Source: Callorhinchus milii (Eukaryota). Taken from it: a stretch of 64,000 bases of DNA. Positions within the stretch are counted from its first letter, which is position 1. Each line of letters starts with the position of its first letter. Of the stretch, positions 62,320-64,000 are shown piece by piece. The position numbers were made by a program, and so were the translations under genes. The stretch is taken from NCBI RefSeq assembly GCF_018977255.1, contig NW_024704742.1, forward strand, positions 4,156,001 to 4,220,000. Reading direction: 5' to 3'. The notes beneath the pieces were generated by a model. The model saw nothing but the letters and a program-made list of their open reading frames with translations, was not told where the DNA came from and ran no database searches.

Positions 62320-62385
62320 AATTATATTTGTATAGCACCTTTCACGTCGGGAGGGTGTCCCAACATGCTGGGATGTCCTCCCGAC
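62320..62385 (-). mobile_element. L2/SINE tail fragment with a fold-back copy
   Basis: tatagcacctttcacgtcgggagggtgtccca-acatgc-tgggatgtcctcccgac. Confidence 0.7.
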
Positions 62386-63104
62386 TAAACTGATATCAAA
62401 TGCTTTAAAAATGACATTTTTGGAAAGCCATCCAAGATTGTCAAAAAAACGCTCCAAGCAGACACACTACCCATATCTTTTGTTTTGTCATCTTTTAAGC
62501 AACAATGTGCTAAGTTGAACCAGGTGAAAGATCAAACCGTTAAAATTGTTTCATACAATTTGTACCTTTCTCTTTGCAAGAGTGCTTCTTTTGAAATAAT
62601 ACATTCATTTCCTGCTAATGTAACATCCCCTTGCAATAGATGTTTTGACAGAATTGTTATTCGTGTTCTATTTATAGTTCTCAAAAAAAACATATACCTG
62701 TTGCATTCATACACAATTAACAGTTTTCCAACATGCAAATGAGGGTCTATTTATGAACACTCTTGTACTTCCTGGCAAAAACCCCTCAAAAGGAACAGCT
62801 GTTATCAGAATGTTGCTATTGCTATGACTATCTTTAACACACACAACAGTCAACCATCTCCTTGATAACCATGGTCAAATATCTAATTTCACAATATATT
62901 AATAGAATAATTTAACGCGTTCAGACATAATCTATAAAACTGAATAATTGTGGGCAATTTTAAAATCCATCAGTTAATGGTTCAAACGGATTTGAGAAGC
63001 GGAAATTCCACCCAAATCTGATCATTTTTTCTCTTTTAAGAAAGTGACTCCACTCATGCATCACACAATCCCATTCACAACATAGCAAACATCTGTCTTG
63101 TGGG

Positions 63105-63555
63105 TTTGTAGCATCGGCGCTCCAGGACGCTACCCCGTGCGAAGGGCGCTATATAAATGCAAGTTGTTGTGGTTATTGGCGGCCAAACAGGAGAAAACTC
63201 AGGTATGCAGTTTTCTCTTTCTGTTTTGTCTTGATGCCCTTCTAATTCACCCGATTCCACTTCTATGCCATCCTCCAATCTCACCATCCAGGCCACCTCC
63301 TTTGCTCGGTAAACACTGGTCTACTTCACCTCCCCTGCCCTGTCCACCCCACCATCGGCAAGTAGGCTCTCAGTCATTCTGCCCCGCTTTCAAGACGGAT
63401 CTCTCAAAACGTGCCTCTTTGACTACGCTTTTCGTAATTTTCCCCCGTCTCCCCCCCACAAACACACACACCCTTGGCTCCCAGCTCGGGTGCCCATTTA
63501 ACACTGTGAAGCGCTTTGTGGGACGTTCTCCCAATGTGAGAATCATTGTATAAAA
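63105..63555 (+). mobile_element. L2 tail (about 63105-63172) and L2 3' fragment (about 63240-63555)
   Basis: aagggcgctatataaatgcaagttgttg; gctttcaagacggatctc...gtgaagcgctttg. Confidence 0.7.
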
Positions 63556-64000
63556 CTAAATTATACTCTTAATTCAGGTGGTGCCCCTCCCCTCAGATTA
63601 ACACTGTTAATTCAGATGGCGTCCCCCTTTGATTTATACGCTAAATTCGGATGATGCAAATCCAAATGCTCATCGTTTGGGATTTTAGGTTCTTACTCCT
63701 GTTTTTCTCGTCCAGATTTATTGGAAGAAAATAAATATTCATAAACGATGCACCCTTAATTATTTCTGTGGGAAGACTTATCTTCGGAGGCTAACTGGAA
63801 AGTGACAATACAAGTCTCCGAAACAGTAACTTTTTTCAAGACACGCACCAAACAAAAAAAAAAGCACACACCTACTCTAACTGGAAGCAGCACATTCATT
63901 GCCTGGTCAATGTTTTTGCTGTAAGTAATCACGTCCTTCTCATCTACCACCTACACAGTTGATAAATTCATCTGCTATGGTTTTCTCCTCTAATCCCACA

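Larger units (their letters stand above)
10296..64000 (-). other. ZCCHC7: Probable giant ZCCHC7 intron, continuing beyond the window
   Basis: No minus-strand ORF resembles the long acidic N-terminal exon of ZCCHC7. The equivalent human intron is also very large. Confidence 0.7.

Noticed and set aside
692..63950. Most ORFs in the supplied six-frame track
   Set aside because: They are short, often start at non-ATG codons, show no recognisable domains, and many run through SINEs or microsatellites. Only 3583..3876 overlaps a real exon, and a few overlap LINE remnants.

Overview
AT-rich, repeat-dense vertebrate genomic DNA. It most likely comes from a cartilaginous fish (chimaera/elephant-shark-like), inferred from the SINE families present. 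The only supported protein-coding content is four internal minus-strand exons of ZCCHC7, the Air1/Air2 homologue of the TRAMP complex: 10258-10295, 8830-8949, 3613-3783 and 269-304. All four have GT-AG boundaries and join in frame to encode four CCHC zinc knuckles plus the IWRQY motif. The upstream coding exon is not visible, so 10296-64000 (at least 53.7 kb) is most likely one giant intron. It contains many tRNA-head SINEs (a CORE-type family and a Deu-type family with a shared L2-like tail), older AmnSINE2-like and LF-SINE-like copies, L2 and CR1 fragments and hAT remnants. It also has repeat-free blocks that look like conserved enhancers; ZCCHC7 neighbours PAX5 in other vertebrates. A Tc1/mariner-pogo MITE lies in a downstream intron. 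Best leads: a candidate poison exon, an intact third zinc knuckle, a lymphoid-type motif cluster (AICE/EBF/RUNX/E-box) and five near-perfect 17-24 bp fold-back hairpins, three of them at retroposon truncation points. I found no convincing novel multi-gene system. Nearly all supplied ORFs are spurious. Repeat family names come from remembered consensus similarity, not from a database search, and repeat boundaries are approximate.
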